From Octopus sinensis (Eukaryota): a stretch of 64,000 nucleotides of DNA. Under the pieces are notes generated by a model. It searched no databases. It saw only the letters and a list, made by a program, of their open reading frames with translations, and was not told the DNA's origin. Below are positions 36,606 to 50,090 of the stretch, in pieces; positions within the stretch are counted from its first letter, which is position 1, and each line of letters opens with the position of its first letter. The stretch covers positions 14,880,001-14,944,000 of the forward strand of contig NC_043012.1 of NCBI RefSeq assembly GCF_006345805.1. The letters run 5' to 3'. Position numbers and translations under genes: made by a program.

Positions 36606-37389
36606 AATATACTATGCTCTCTTTTGAAGTTTCATTTTAGGAGATGCAGGAAGGATCAGTTTTAATGCAAACTCCTCTTTACGTACATAATATAGTTAAA
36701 ACCATGATTCACTAAAACACCATCAAATTGTATCCGTTTGCTAAGTCAGACAATATTTGAAAACCTCCGCTTTAAGCATTACCTCCCACATAAGTTCCTT
36801 TCCTCATTTAGTGCATAGCCCTTTCCTTAAAAGTATTTACCTTAAAAATGCTCTACCCCAATATTACATTGCATTGAAAAAAAATAACTCCTAGTACTGT
36901 CTTTATAAACTACCCCAAATGCCATGCCCCTTGTTTGAACTTGCTTTTTTTCTCACTTAATGCCACCCCTGATTAAATATACTTCATGTGACATTTGGGA
37001 GAAGCCTATTTAATTAGAGGTAGCTTCTAATTAAATACTCACACTGTCTCTCTAATCACCTTTAAACACTTTCTTTTCTAACCTCAACTCCTTACCTGCT
37101 CATGTTTCTTTGTCAAGCCTGAAGTTGTCAAGTCAAACATTAACTATATTAATTAATCCATTTACCTAATTAAGGTTCTTTGGCTTACTACATTCAGTAT
37201 GCTGGTGCCCACTTTACCATTAACTATATTGTGTTATCTTACTTTCCAAGTTCAAAAGAAATAAAGTATTCTATGCTTATGTCTCTATACATTTAAAATT
37301 TTTGTAAAATCCGGCATTTTGCCAGTGAGATTGTGTAAGGTTTGTGTCACACTTTAGAGATTATTTACAACTTTTAGTAGGCTGGTTTC

Positions 37390-37615
37390 TCTTTACTCTT
37401 TTTACTCTCTCTTTTACTTGTTTCAGTCATTTGGCTGTGGCCATGCTGGAGCACCACCTTTTAGTCGAGCAAATCGACCCCAGGACTTATTCATTGTAAG
37501 CCTAGTACTTATTCTATCGGTCTCTTTTGCCGAACCGCTAAGTTACGGGGACGTAAACACACCAGCATCGGTTGTCAAGCGATGTTGGGGGACAAACACA
37601 GACTCACAAACATAT

Positions 37616-37656
<41 letters not shown>

Positions 37657-37829
37657 CACATATATACAAGGGGCTTCTTTCAGTTTCCATCTACCAAATC
37701 CACTCGCATGGCTTTGGTCGGCCCGAGGCTATAGTAGAAGACACTTGCCCAAGGTGCCACGCAGTGGGACTGAACCCGGAACCATGTAGTTGGTAAGCAA
37801 GCTACTTACCACACAGCCACTCCTACGCC
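37390..37829 (-). mobile_element. SINE family A, young full-length copy
   Basis: CpG-rich and close to the consensus of the window copies. Confidence 0.9.
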
Positions 37830-39034
37830 TATTTCATTATTTCCGTACTGGCATTTGTTGGATGGATTATCACAGTCCAAGTCAACCCCTTTTCAGAGTT
37901 ATAGCTTTTTAAAGCAGGTTGGAGGACCATGTCATTCTGGTACCTTTCATTTGGCAGGGTTTTGATGGCTGGATACCCTTCTTCAAAGCACTTTGTAGGG
38001 TACACAGTGCATTTCATTATGGCTCCAGCACTAGTACGGTTGCCTTGTTCACCTACACGAATGAAGTCCTTTCTACTCAATGCTTCTCCTATCTCCATTC
38101 AAGGCAAGCATGACTGAAAGGAGGAATAGATGAGTATGGGTGTGATGGCTGAGCCAAGAAATAGAATGGAAAGGGAGGATGTAAAACAGGTGTCCATAGG
38201 GACCCTGGGGGTCCACCGACCCAATGTAATAAGTTGGGGGTCCATGGTAATTTTTCAGGTGCTATGAAAAAATTGTGCTTCAGACCAGTAAAGTTTATGT
38301 GCAGTAAATTGGTTACACATCCATTTCGCACAAAACATTTTGACAATTTTTATATGAGTCCTACTATTTAATTATAAAAATATAAGATTTTTAAAACATT
38401 GGGGCTATGGGGGTCTACCCGAGCAAAATAGGAATCAAAGGGATCCTTAGGTAAAAAATGGTTGAGAACTCCCCATGTAATAGAAGAGAGAATGTGATAA
38501 ATAGTTATGTGTTGGCAAGAAAAGGAGTTATAGACGAGGTGGAGAGTGATGTAAGCCATCGATGAGTTGTGTAATCTATGTCAACAGTATGAGAGAGAGA
38601 GAGAAGTTGAAGGCTAGCAATAATGATGAGAGAGCGAGAGCGAGTAAGTGATGTATAGTATTGAAGCTGGGTGATGGTGAGAGAGGATGGTTGGTATCAG
38701 TGAAGAGTGACATGGGTGGCAGTGGAGAAAGAATGATGATCAACCCTCCTCCCTTGTTACCGCAGCTATGATGCCAGCTGATGGTGGGTGGGGGACAACT
38801 AAATACAGACAGATTTATTGCCATCTTTGTTAATGTGAGGCCAAGCGAGAGTTAAGAAGAGTTTAGTGGAATTGATAGAAGACCTAAATATTAAATAAAT
38901 GTTCCAGCCTCCCTTATCATTACCAGTAGTTTAACAACTGTTTTTGCCATTCTTGCATGGTTGGAAAGATCTTCTGTGGTTCCAGGTGTCACCACTCATT
39001 ACAGTTCGTCTTCATAAGGATCAGCAATATACCT

Positions 39035-39265
39035 GTTTCTTTACTACCCACAAGGGGCTAAACACAGATAGGACAAACAAGAATAGACAAACGATTTAAG
39101 TCGATTATATTGACCCCAGTGCATAACTGGTACTTATTTAATCGACCCCGAAAGGATGAAAGGCAAAGTCGACCTTGGCGGAATTTGAACTCAGAACGTA
39201 GCAGCAGATGAAATACTGCTCAACATTTCGCCCGGTGTGCTAACGTTCCTGCCAGCTCGCCACCT
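39035..39265 (-). mobile_element. SINE family B
   Basis: Full-length reverse complement; ATATACCT occurs on both flanks. Confidence 0.85.
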
Positions 39266-40384
39266 TATATACCTTTAAATATACCTTTAAAAGGGAGATG
39301 TATATGATTCACTTTCAATTGGGGGATTTCATTCCTTTTTTTTTAAAGCAACTCAAAATTGCATATCCAAAAGAAAATACTGATTTTTAGTGATAGAATT
39401 ACAGAACAATAAAATTAGGGGTATACTGATGAGTTCCAAGTATTTATCTACTCGGTACAAATGGTATAGACATTCTCAAAGAAATAACAGATGTTGGATA
39501 CAAATGTAGCATGATTTTAAAGTGGAAAATACACAAAAATAGAGATAGATTTAGAGTTGAAATGAGTTAATTAGGTTAGGTTCGTTAAACAGTCATAATT
39601 GAAATGTGTATTAATGTACTGTAAATTACAAACCTATGCAACCCGTACTGGCATGTTAAAAATAGTCGTTCAATAATAAAGATGTTTGGGTTGGTATCCT
39701 TTTAGAGTTTACTATGAGAGTAGTAGCAGGTTTTTCATAGAGTAACGAATGTGATGGAAATTGTTCTGCTAAACTTGGCCTCATGGTCAAGTTCTACCCA
39801 GAAGTTTCAAATCTCAGTTTCAAGTTGAAATTATTCTTATCAGCATATTGATGAAATCCTTACAACTGGGAATTTTCAAAGATTTCATGTTAATCATCAT
39901 CATATGTCTGTTCCATGCTTGCATGGGTCCAAGGATTGCATCATGCTCCAGTTTCTACTTTGGCTGGATGCCCTTCTTAATGCCAACCACTTCATAGAGT
40001 GCACTGGATGTTTTTTTGTGCTACTAGCACTGGTGAAATTGCCATGCAGCTAGCAAGACTACAATTGCTGAGGTGGTGGAGGTGGGTGCAACTTTATACT
40101 ACAAGAATGAGGAGTAGAGAAGGGTAGGGTACCAGAGAAAAGGGCCAGAGCAGAATGGATTTCTTGCTGTAAAGGTGCAACATAACTAGTCACATTGTAG
40201 AAGTGAAGGGGGGAAGTAATGAGGTATAGCTGGAAAGTGCTAAAAAAAAAAAGTTTGGTGAGGTGTGAGATTGGATTGGCCTTCAAGGTTTCGAATAATT
40301 TGTAATTTTGCATGTCTGCTCAGATTACAAAATATCAAAGGTATTTTATATTCGTTTTCTGTGCTTCTATGGATTCAGTTTCTT

Positions 40385-40592
40385 ATTTCTTTATTGCTCA
40401 CAAGGGGCTAAACATAGAGAGGACAAACAAGGACAAAGGGATTAAGTCAATTACATCGACCCCAGTGTGTAACTGGTACTTAATTTATTGACCCCGAAAG
40501 GATGAATGGCAAAGTCGATTTAGGTGGAATTTGAACTCACAACGTAATGGCAGATGAAATACCGCTAAGCATTTCTGCCAGCTTGCCACCTT
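40385..40592 (-). mobile_element. SINE family B
   Basis: Reverse complement of family B. Further partial copies lie at about 40880-41105 and 41225-41345. Confidence 0.8.
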
Positions 40593-41920
40593 AATCCAGT
40601 TTCTATTTTCTCTTATGTTTATCCATAGCCTAATCTTTGTCATTATATGTTGTGAATATTTATATAAAATTTAATTGTTGAATTCACATTTTCTATTGAA
40701 TTTGGGATTCCATCTCTTTAAAATCTTTTCTCCTTGCAACTTGATGCTACTGTCAGTTCTCTTGCAGCTACCAAATTCCATTACACACTATCCCCTTACA
40801 ATTCTCTCTCATTCTCACAACATATAATGGCAGAATTTGTCAGCATGCTAACAATTGTGATAGCTTGCTACTTAATAATAATAATCCTTTCTACTATAAG
40901 TACAAGGCCTGAAATTTTGGGCAAAGAGGGTCTAGTTCATCACGTTCAACCCCAGTGTTTCACTCTGGTACTTAATTTATCGACCCCAAAACAATCAAAG
41001 GCAAAGTTGACCTTGGTGAAATTTGAACTCAGAGCATAAAGATGGACAAAATGCTACTAAGCATTTCACTCAGCATGCTAACGATTCTGACAGCTTGCTA
41101 CTTTAATAATGATAATAATAACTGGCTGGACCTGTGAAAAATTAATGGAAAACATAAAAAATGTAAGCATCTGTAAACAGTGTGCTGTTACCATGAGAAA
41201 TGTTTGTATATTATGACTGTCTGTCTTTACGTTCTGAGTTCAAATTCTGTTGAGGTTGACTTTACCTTTTGTCCTTTTGGGGTCAATAAATTAAGTACCA
41301 GTTGTGTACTGGGGTCGATCTAATCAATCGGCCCCCTCCCCACAAAAATTTAAAACCTAGAAAAGTATATTGTAACAGTTACAGAATATAGAAAGTAATG
41401 TAACACCAATGACTATATAATCCAACCAAAATATCTCAGTTACACAAACGTAAATGGAATTACTATTTAACCTTGAAATACATCGTACATATTCAAAGAA
41501 CCTTGGTTTAGTGGTATGGAACGTTCTTCTGGTATTCTTTTCTTTTACTTGTTTCAGTCATTTAACGGTGGCCCTACTGAAGCACCACCCTTCAGTTGAA
41601 GGAATTTGACCCCTGGACTTAGTCTCTGTAAGCCTGGTGCTTATTCTATCAGTCTCTTCTGCTGAACAGCTAAATTACAGGGATGCAAACACACCAACAT
41701 CGGTTGTCAAGCAATGGTGGTGGTGGTGGTGGTGGTGGGACAAACACAGACACACATATATACATACATATATATGTATATATATATGATAGGCTTGGAG
41801 GTAGTGGTGATGCTGGCTGGTGCGATTTTGTGGCTTGCTGGTATGCCAAGAGAGATCCAGTGAGTCCCTAACTGGTTCCCTGATCTTGAAGGTTAAATGA
41901 TTGTGTGGCGGTGGTCTTCC

Positions 41921-42600
41921 TTACAGTACTTCATGGTAGACAATATTTTGTGTGTATTTCACACCACATTTTTGGCCGTGTCTGTTATCCCATTTGAGTG
42001 TCATAACTCTTACTTTGATATTGTTCATAGCTCGTGCTCTTGAAAATGCAACAGAGAAAATACTGGTTGAGGCAAATGTATTCCAACTTTTTCAAATGTT
42101 TGCCCTTGAGCCTTATTGTCATTGAATATGCAAGTCGAAGTGGAAACTGAAGTCTGTTTAATGTGAATGGGATATTTGCATCACTTGGGCTAAGTTTAAT
42201 TCTGGGAATTAGAACTGCACGACCTTTGTTGAGGCCTGTTACCAATGATACCTCTGCACAATGTTCATCAAGTTTTTGCACTTTCATGTGAGTTCCATTA
42301 CCTAATCCTTGATTGATTGAAAGATTTCTTAGCAAAATAAAAAAGCACCTACTTTTAAGTTGAGGCGATGAGGAAGAATACTGGATGGAGTGAGTTTATG
42401 ATATCAAATGGATAGTTCTGAACCTCCTCTTCATTATTGCAGGACACTGAATCTGTGCTTAAGTACGTTTTAAGGGCCTCTGGTATAATATTAAGAACTT
42501 TTTCATTTATTGCAAGACTGTCAGAATTTTTAGGAGATAAAATTACTCGTTTTTCCATTTCTTCTGATGTGCAGTTGTTGAAAATTTCTGGGTACAAATG
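41921..42600 (-). pseudogene. Helitron RepHel Pif1-helicase C-terminal fossil
   Basis: ILSPKNSDSLAINEKVL..NYPFDIINSL, LRNLSINQGLGNGT..IPRIKLSPSD..FTLNRLQFPLRLAYSMTI, frameshifted KAQGQTFEKVG, and terminal NIVYHEVL* (stop at 41921-41923). Confidence 0.92.
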
Positions 42601-43624
42601 TAACAGTTGAAATGCAAAAGCACAAAATAATAAATGGATTTATGAATGAAAATTTGGTAAATGCGTTTATCTCCACCACACGACACTTATTGCAAACATG
42701 TTTTAACTAACCTAAACTATACACACATACAAATACATTCATATATATATATATGTCTGGAGTTGTAGCTGTAATTCAAAAGGGCCAGCTTTGTCATATT
42801 CTGTGTGAGGCTGAATCTCCCTGAGAGCTATGTTAATGTTATGCATGTCTGTGGAGTACTCAGCCATTTGTGAGTTAATTTTATCCTCGTGTGGTAATGA
42901 AAGGTGAAATTGACGGCCAATATTTGCTGCGTCTATGAATCTGTGTATCAACTTTTCTTTGGATTTATGTATCTCCCTTTCTCTCTTTCACTTTGTGTCC
43001 CTCTTCTCTCCTGCTTTTTATTTAACAATGTGTATATGTATCTCACTGTCTCTTTCACTCTCTCACTTTTCTCTCTCTCTCACTCTTTCCTTCTCTCTTA
43101 CGTCTTCTCTGAAACATTTAAGAACACAGAACGAACGCTGTCACTACTCATTGTCTCTTTCACTCTCTCTCTTCCTCTCTGTCCTTCTCTCTCTTGCTTT
43201 GCCACTTCTTTGAAGTAAGTGTGACGCACACAACAGGTACGTACAAAAACAAAAAGCATATTTTTAATATTATTGATAATACCAACAACAACAACAGTAT
43301 GTTCGATGCATTACTACACGTTTTTCAAGCTTATCTTCAAATTAACTACATTTTGCTTCTGTGTTAAAGAAATTACTTTGTTGTTACTCAACCCGCTACA
43401 AATAGCAGTTAAATCTTCCACAAATTAGTCCCCACCATCTTAAAAAGACACTTTGGATAATGGTGGATGGGGGCAGAAAAGCTGATCTTGGTTGGAATGC
43501 TTTTGATCATAGTTCACTCAGGGTTGGTGGGGGGGGGGTGCATTTCTAAACAGCATAAACAGATGGTCTCACAAACCTGATCTTATGGGCTGTTTTACTT
43601 TCAAGTTCTTTTATCTTCTAATTG

Positions 43625-43985
43625 TTTTAGTTATTGGGTTGTGGCCATGCTGGGGCACTGCTTTGAATGCAATAATCAAAGAAATGGACCTCAGTCCTTT
43701 TTTTTAAAAAACCTTGTACTTATCAGTTTCTTTTGCCAAACTTCAAAGTTATGAGTGATGTAAACAAACCAAAACAGGTTGTTAAGGGCTGGTAGGGAAC
43801 AAACACTGATGCACATGCACACACACACACACAATGGGGTTTCTATCTACCAAATCCACTCACAAGGCTGTGGTTGGCCTGGGGCTATAGTGACTGACAC
43901 TTGCCTAAGGGTGCTGCATAGACGAACTGAACCCCAGACCCTATAGTTGGGAAGCAAACTTCTCAGCCACACAGCTACTCCTATG
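43625..43985 (-). mobile_element. SINE family A, diverged
   Basis: Reverse-complement family A. Confidence 0.75.
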
Positions 43986-44589
43986 GCTTTCATACATTTT
44001 TCTATAAAGACGCATACATTATTAAGTTTTATTAAAGATGAGTAGTTGCACTTTAGGTACCAATCACAGTGAAGTGACATGGAAACTAATTGAATGTAAT
44101 AAGCAAACAGCTCCAATCAATACTTGAGAAATGGATGATGCTAATTAATTTTTTCTTTTTCCATTAAGATTTTGTCTCTTAATAGTAAGGAAGAGTCTCT
44201 TGTAAACAAGACTCTTGGACGCTGATCCATTCATTTCTCTCTCCCTCCCTCCCTCCCCTCTCCCCCTCTCTCTCACAGATTTTAAATGGATCTCCTATGG
44301 CTGTTTGTTTCTTAAAGACTTTGGTTGATTGTTAGTCTCCTTTTACCTGATTCAGTCTTTTGACTGTGACCAAGCTGGAGCACTGCCTTGATGGGTTTTA
44401 TTGAACAAGTCAATCCCAGTACTTATAAGCTTGGTACTTATTCCTGCCAGTCTCTTCTTGTTGAACTGCTAAGTTATAGTAATGTAAACAAACCAACACC
44501 AGTTGTCAAGCAGTGGTGATGCAGTAAAAACAAAATGCACATAGGTATATATATATATATTGTGGAAGATCTGATAAAATGGATATGTT

Positions 44590-44815
44590 TCTTTATTACC
44601 CACAAGGGGCTAAACATAGAGGGGACAAACAAGGACAGACAAACAAATTAAGTCGATTACATCGACCCCAGTGCGTAACTGGTACTTAATTTATCAACCC
44701 CGAAAGGATGAAAGGCAAAGTCAACCTTGGCGGAATTTGAACTCAGAACGTAGCAGCAGATGAAATATGGCTACGCATTTCGCCTGGCGTGCTAACGTTT
44801 CTGCCGGCTCCAGCC
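44590..44815 (-). mobile_element. SINE family B
   Basis: Full-length reverse complement. Confidence 0.85.
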
Positions 44816-47800
44816 TTATTTTTTGATTCCACATTAGCCTCCAGAACATTGATTTAAATACATGTAAATACCCTCTTGTAAGTTAGAGAATTAGTCCCTT
44901 TTGAGTCAGACCTCCTTAATTTAGTTACCAACATTAGATTCTGTAAGTACCACATCTACTTTCAAAACTAAATTGAATCAATATAATCCAACCCATGCCA
45001 GCATGGAAAGCAGACATTAAATGATTCTGATCAGAGACACTCATACAATGGGCTTCTTTCAAATCTACTAACAAGGTTGTGGTTAGTTCCGAGCTACAGT
45101 GGAAGACACTTGCCCAAGGTGCCACATAGTGGGACTGAACCCAAGACCACATGGTTGGTAAACAAGCTTCTTGCCACACCTTCACCTAAAGCCAAGTCTC
45201 TTTAACTTTTACTAATGTTTGCAGATCATTTCCAATTTTGTTTCATTCTATTAAAACCTGTTAATTTACAAAAAATAGAAAAATAAAAGTTGCTTCTTTC
45301 TCTTATATACACTTTGTGGCAGATGTCAGCTTTTCTATATTGTTTATGTTTTCATGTTTAACCGAATTGCTTTTGTTAAATAATAATGAATGGTAAATTG
45401 GCTGTTGCTCTAAAATGCCGAAATAACCACAGGATATATTTATAGTAAATAGAACAGTTGTCAGGATGTAATTTTGTTGGTAGAAGGGAACTGATAAAAA
45501 AGAAAAGTCTGCTGTAAAGGCCATCAAGTGTTATCTACTACAGAAATGTGTGTGTGATTTATTTATAGATAGATAGATACACACATGTCCATGGTAAAAG
45601 TAGTTGGAGTGTTATTTGAATATCATTGGAAAACTGCTTCTGGCTGACTCTAATTGACTATTTCTACTTCCATTCTTTGATTAATTAAAATTTTTCTTTT
45701 CTAATTATGTTTCTTACTCTTATTTGTCCTTTTGTGCTCTGAGTGATTACTTTAATGAGTAAAGACAGTTTCTTGTGTGTTGCTTGCTTTAGCATTCACA
45801 TTACTTTATCAAATGTAATGCTTATTTATTGACATTGTTTTGAATTTATCCTGCTTTCACTTGTAGCTCCAAGATTTCGATGACGTGATTTTAAAAATGA
45901 CATTGTAGGATAGGTGTGAAAGGCTGGGTCTGGCCAGTTAGAACATAAACAGGTAGAATAATTAGGCCAGATATGGCCGGTTGGTTTAAATGCTACTGTG
46001 TTATAGCTTTTCTTTTTATACCAGCTTCACTAATCATAAAGAAAACTTGTGTTCAACAAAGGCTAAATTCATATTTAATTCTTTCAGGTTTTAATGATTA
46101 GAACACTAATTAAATTTCGGGCTAATCAAGATTTTGGAGGAGTTTGGGAAAATATCTATAACTTTATATTTTAGCATATTATGTTGGTGTTGCTGACCAA
46201 CTAAAATCACATGAAATTTTAGTTTAAATCTGACTACTTTAGTACAGATGTAGTTGTTACTTAGTATTTATCATAGAAATTTTGAAAGCATTATTTATCT
46301 ATAGTTTTTTCATAGTGATTAATATATAGTTCAAAGTTATGGTGTATAAAACATTTATACACCTTAAAGGTTTCCTCTCGTAAGTAGCTACTATATTTAA
46401 GGTATAGTGTTAAAATTAGTAGATTTCTGAGTCTAGTTTTATTGTATAAGCTATACAAACATTGCACTTTGATTAGTTGTATCTTGGAATTATAGTGAGG
46501 AATTATAAAAAGTTTCATTATTAAAAGACAAAACATGGTTTTTAAAGCTGAATTTTCTTTATTGACTTTGATAGATAATTGATAACAAGTGTTTGTTCCG
46601 AGGTTGTGTGCTGAGAGTTAATGTAATTAGCTAATAAAAAAAAATAACGGAGGAAGTCAGCATAACTCAAAAAGAAATTAGAAATGATAATTATTAGCAA
46701 TTTTGATGCCGACCTACCTGAATCTGCCCTGATTCTATGACGCAAACTCCCTGTTTCAATATTCTCTTAATTGAAATTTTCCATTAGAATTTTAGGCTAA
46801 TTTGTTGCAAACATCAGCTTATCAAGCTATTTTAATAAATTATTTATTTTCAATTTTAAGATTTCAGAAATATAGTAACAAAAGGGTTAATGTAAATTCC
46901 AAAATTCATGAGAATATTTTTACATTTAAAAAAAAAAATTCAAGTTTAAATTTCTTTTGAATTTTATTTTTGGTTGTTTCTTAATGTTTTGATGAGTTGT
47001 CTTAGCTTTTGATGAGAGGAAATATATCAAGTGAAAATACAACTCTGTGTCAGCCCTTGTTCTCTTTCTATTCGGATAAAGCAGAATAGTATGACAGCAA
47101 CTAATTATCTACTACTAAAAATTAACACTGAAACATGTCTCTTTCAATTTGATCATAATTATTTGAATTACACCTTAGTATTTCATTTGTGTTGGTTTAA
47201 AAAGAAAATTGACGAAAGGTAGAAAGGTGAAGGTGAACAGGTAGAGGATTAGTATTATAGATAACTTTCCCTATCTTCAAGTAAAAGTAGATGAATTTAC
47301 ATAAAATAGAAATTCAAACAAAGACATCAATGCAGGATTAATGCCAAGATGGTTTTATTCCATTAAATCACAGAATGTGAAAATCTGTTCCTTTTGTTGG
47401 GCAGTAAAAAACCTGATGATGATCAACAACAAAAAGTTAATGTTGCATATAAAAAAACAAAAAAGCTTCAGTTTCTATTTTAAGAACTTGTTTAATGATG
47501 GCTTGTTAATTATAGATATGATATCACTATTTTCTGAAGTTCGTTAATGAAACGTATTTGTGTGTATATATATCTCAATCATCGTTTAACGTCTACCTTC
47601 CAAGCTGGTATGGGTTGGACGGTTTGACTGGATCTGGCCAAGCAGAAGACTGCACCGGACTTTTGTGTCTGTTTTGGCAAGGTTTTCATGGTTGGTTGCC
47701 CTTTCTAACACCAACCACCCAGCAGAGTGGATCATATATATATGAGAACTTGTTGCAAACAAACTTATAAGGGCTGGTCTCTTAGTTCAGAGCATTCAAC

Positions 47801-48930
47801 TGGAATTTAAGAAGTATAGGGTTTGATTTTCCATCTTCTAAACGATATTTACCTGATTTTCTAACCTGTCTTCAAAGCTATTCTGCGTTCAAGTATTCCT
47901 TTATTTTCTGTATTTATATATTTATTTATTAAGCTTTTCAAGAAAAGGGGTGATAGCGATTTTGAAGTTTTGGTCTATTGGCTATAGTCTGATAAAAGCA
48001 ATTAGGCTAAAACAGTGAAGTCATTGTCACCCGTTTTGTTATAAAAGCATAATAAACATGTACTTTACTGAAAAGCATTGAATATGTTTCCATTTTAATG
48101 TTAAATTGTTTTTGTTATAGCACAGAAACAAACGTGTGTGTTTGTATGTGTATGTATGTGTTTGTATGTGTATGTATGTATAGTACAGCACAAAGTGGAA
48201 GTTATTGAAACCAGGGATAATAATGCTTAAGAAAGGCGCTCTAAGCAATTGCAATAATTACGGAATAAATCTGCTGTCTGTTTTCTTACAAACTGTTCTG
48301 CAGTGACCTCCTTACCTGCTTAAAGAAGGTGGTTAATGAAGATCTATGATGGGAACCGGTGGGATTCAGGAATGGAGGGTTGTGAGTGAACAAATTGTCA
48401 TGTTTGGCAACATTGAATCATGAGTTTGAACAGTTGCCTTTGGTCGACTCTGACTTAAAGAAGGTCTTCAATGACATGCAAAGTGAATCTCTATGCAAAA
48501 CTGCCATGCTGTGTAGAGTCCCCACCCACCGCATCAACATTTTGAGGCCAGTGTAATAGCAGGTGTGTGAAGGTCACCAAACTGCTTTGTCGATAACAAA
48601 GGATTTCTTTTTTGATGTATTTCTAGTGGTGGCCAAGAACAACATGACTATGGTCTGTTGTTAATTAATTTAAGTTTGAAGCAAATATGAAGGTAAATGC
48701 TAATTAAAGATGGAAATTGATTTCAAGTTTTGGCACAAGGCCAGCAATTTTGACCCTCAGTACTCAACTTCTTCTTCTTACAGCATTCACCTGGGGTGGG
48801 TTGAGCTGGCTTCATTCATCCTCGATGCTGCATCTCTCACAAACGCCGACCAGGCTTGGCGATTTGAGGCTAACGACCACGTGATCTCCAACCACTCCTT
48901 ATTCCAGTGGCGAACGCCGTAGATATGGAA

Positions 48931-49021
48931 GCCCGCATAGCTCAGTCAGTAGAGCATCAGACTTTTAAGAACTGTCAATTATGAAATCTGAGGGTCGCAG
49001 GTTCAAGTCCCTCTGCGGGTG
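48931..49021 (+). tRNA. trnK: tRNA-Lys(TTT) with 18-nt intron at 37/38, probably a retrocopy/pseudogene
   Basis: Cloverleaf GCCCGCA..TGCGGGT, D stem GCTC/GAGC, anticodon stem TCAGA/TCTGA, TTT at 48964-48966, intron 48968-48985 with a C32:G(-3) anticodon-intron pair. Lesions: G18>A, C72>T and two T-stem mismatches. Confidence 0.9.
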
Positions 49022-49027
49022 ACAAGA

Positions 49028-49031
49028 TTTT
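49028..49031 (+). terminator. Pol III T4 terminator of the pre-tRNA trailer
   Basis: ACAAGA-TTTT directly follows the discriminator base, then RTE sequence resumes. Confidence 0.65.
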
Positions 49032-50090
49032 AGGCCTCCATATCTACGGCATTCGCTTGATCTGGAACCCAACCTAGGCCCCCATATCAGTACTCAACTG
49101 GTACTTATTTTATTAATCTCAAAGGGATGAAAGGCCAAATTGACCCTGGTGGAATTTAAACTTAGGACATGAAGATGGATGAAATACAGCTAAGCATTTC
49201 ACCCGGCTTTGCTAATGATTCTGCCAGCTCACTGCCTTAATTAAGGACAGAAACTGGACATTGACTGGACATGAATGAGTGAAAATATATCACAAATTAG
49301 TGGTTCACTTTGCAAACGCATAGTTTTGGATTCAGTCCTACTGCATATGGCTTTTTAGGCAAGTGTCTTCTACTATAACCCCAGGCCGATCAAAGCCCAA
49401 TGAATGAATTTGGTTCCAGTGACAGGAACAAAAAAAAATTAGAATTGTTAGTTGTGCATTAAAATGTCTCATAAATGAAATGTCATTGGCTGAAGACACC
49501 TGTTTAAGGTATTATGAAGACACCTGTTTAAGGTATTGAGCAGCTATGCTTTGTATGCCTTATTTGTAAGCCTCAGCAGTTAGACCTTGAATGCTTTTGA
49601 TGATTGAGTGAGGCTGCACTTATACTGAAAAACATCGGTGAAACCAAACTATGTACAGAGTTGTCTTCCATACTTCTTAATGGAAAGAATAGCCTTTATC
49701 AACTGATGTTTTTGAACTGTATATTTGAATAGAGTAGTTTTTTAATGTTGTTATACATTAGATCTAGTTTAAATTACTTGTACATTGATAGGTTGTTTAT
49801 ATTTTTGCATAGATGTATTCTGTCTGTTTATCTGTAAAACTAGTAACAATAATTGCCTTTAGAATTTGGTTTGTTTTAGGTTTTTTTTTTTCCTGCTTAA
49901 TTTTTGTTCCCATATTGAATTACTTTCAGCATATATTGGCTTCATTTATATTCTTCAAGTTTTACATAACCAATAGAATAAAATTCGGTTTTTATACTTC
50001 TACAGAGTAAACAATAATACTCTGGAGACTTAAATGTGGGATTTTATTTATGGACCATCCTAAATGAAATTTTTTTTTCTTGTTTTGCAG

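Larger units (their letters stand above)
48770..49087 (-). mobile_element. 5'-inverted RTE LINE insertion containing a captured pre-tRNA
   Basis: 12-bp TSD CAGTACTCAACT (48758-48769 and 49088-49099). Antisense RTE 3' end with TCTTCTTCTT tail at 48770-48928; sense RTE pieces at 49032-49056 and 49058-49087; tRNA between them. Confidence 0.9.
48715..49240 (-). mobile_element. SINE family B, host of the RTE/tRNA chimera
   Basis: Family B sequence resumes at 49088 after a duplicated CAGTACTCAACT. Confidence 0.8.

Noticed and set aside
38480-38870. Possible decayed LINE endonuclease fragment (GNKGGGLIII) on the minus strand
   Set aside because: Only one short motif is recognisable; too weak to call without a search.
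39420-39470. GTATACTGATGAGT..ACTCGG hammerhead-like string
   Set aside because: No GAAA after the putative stem II and no convincing stem I.
49490-49537. 24-bp tandem duplication GAAGACACCTGTTTAAGGTATT
   Set aside because: Two copies only; an ordinary local duplication, not a CRISPR or other array.
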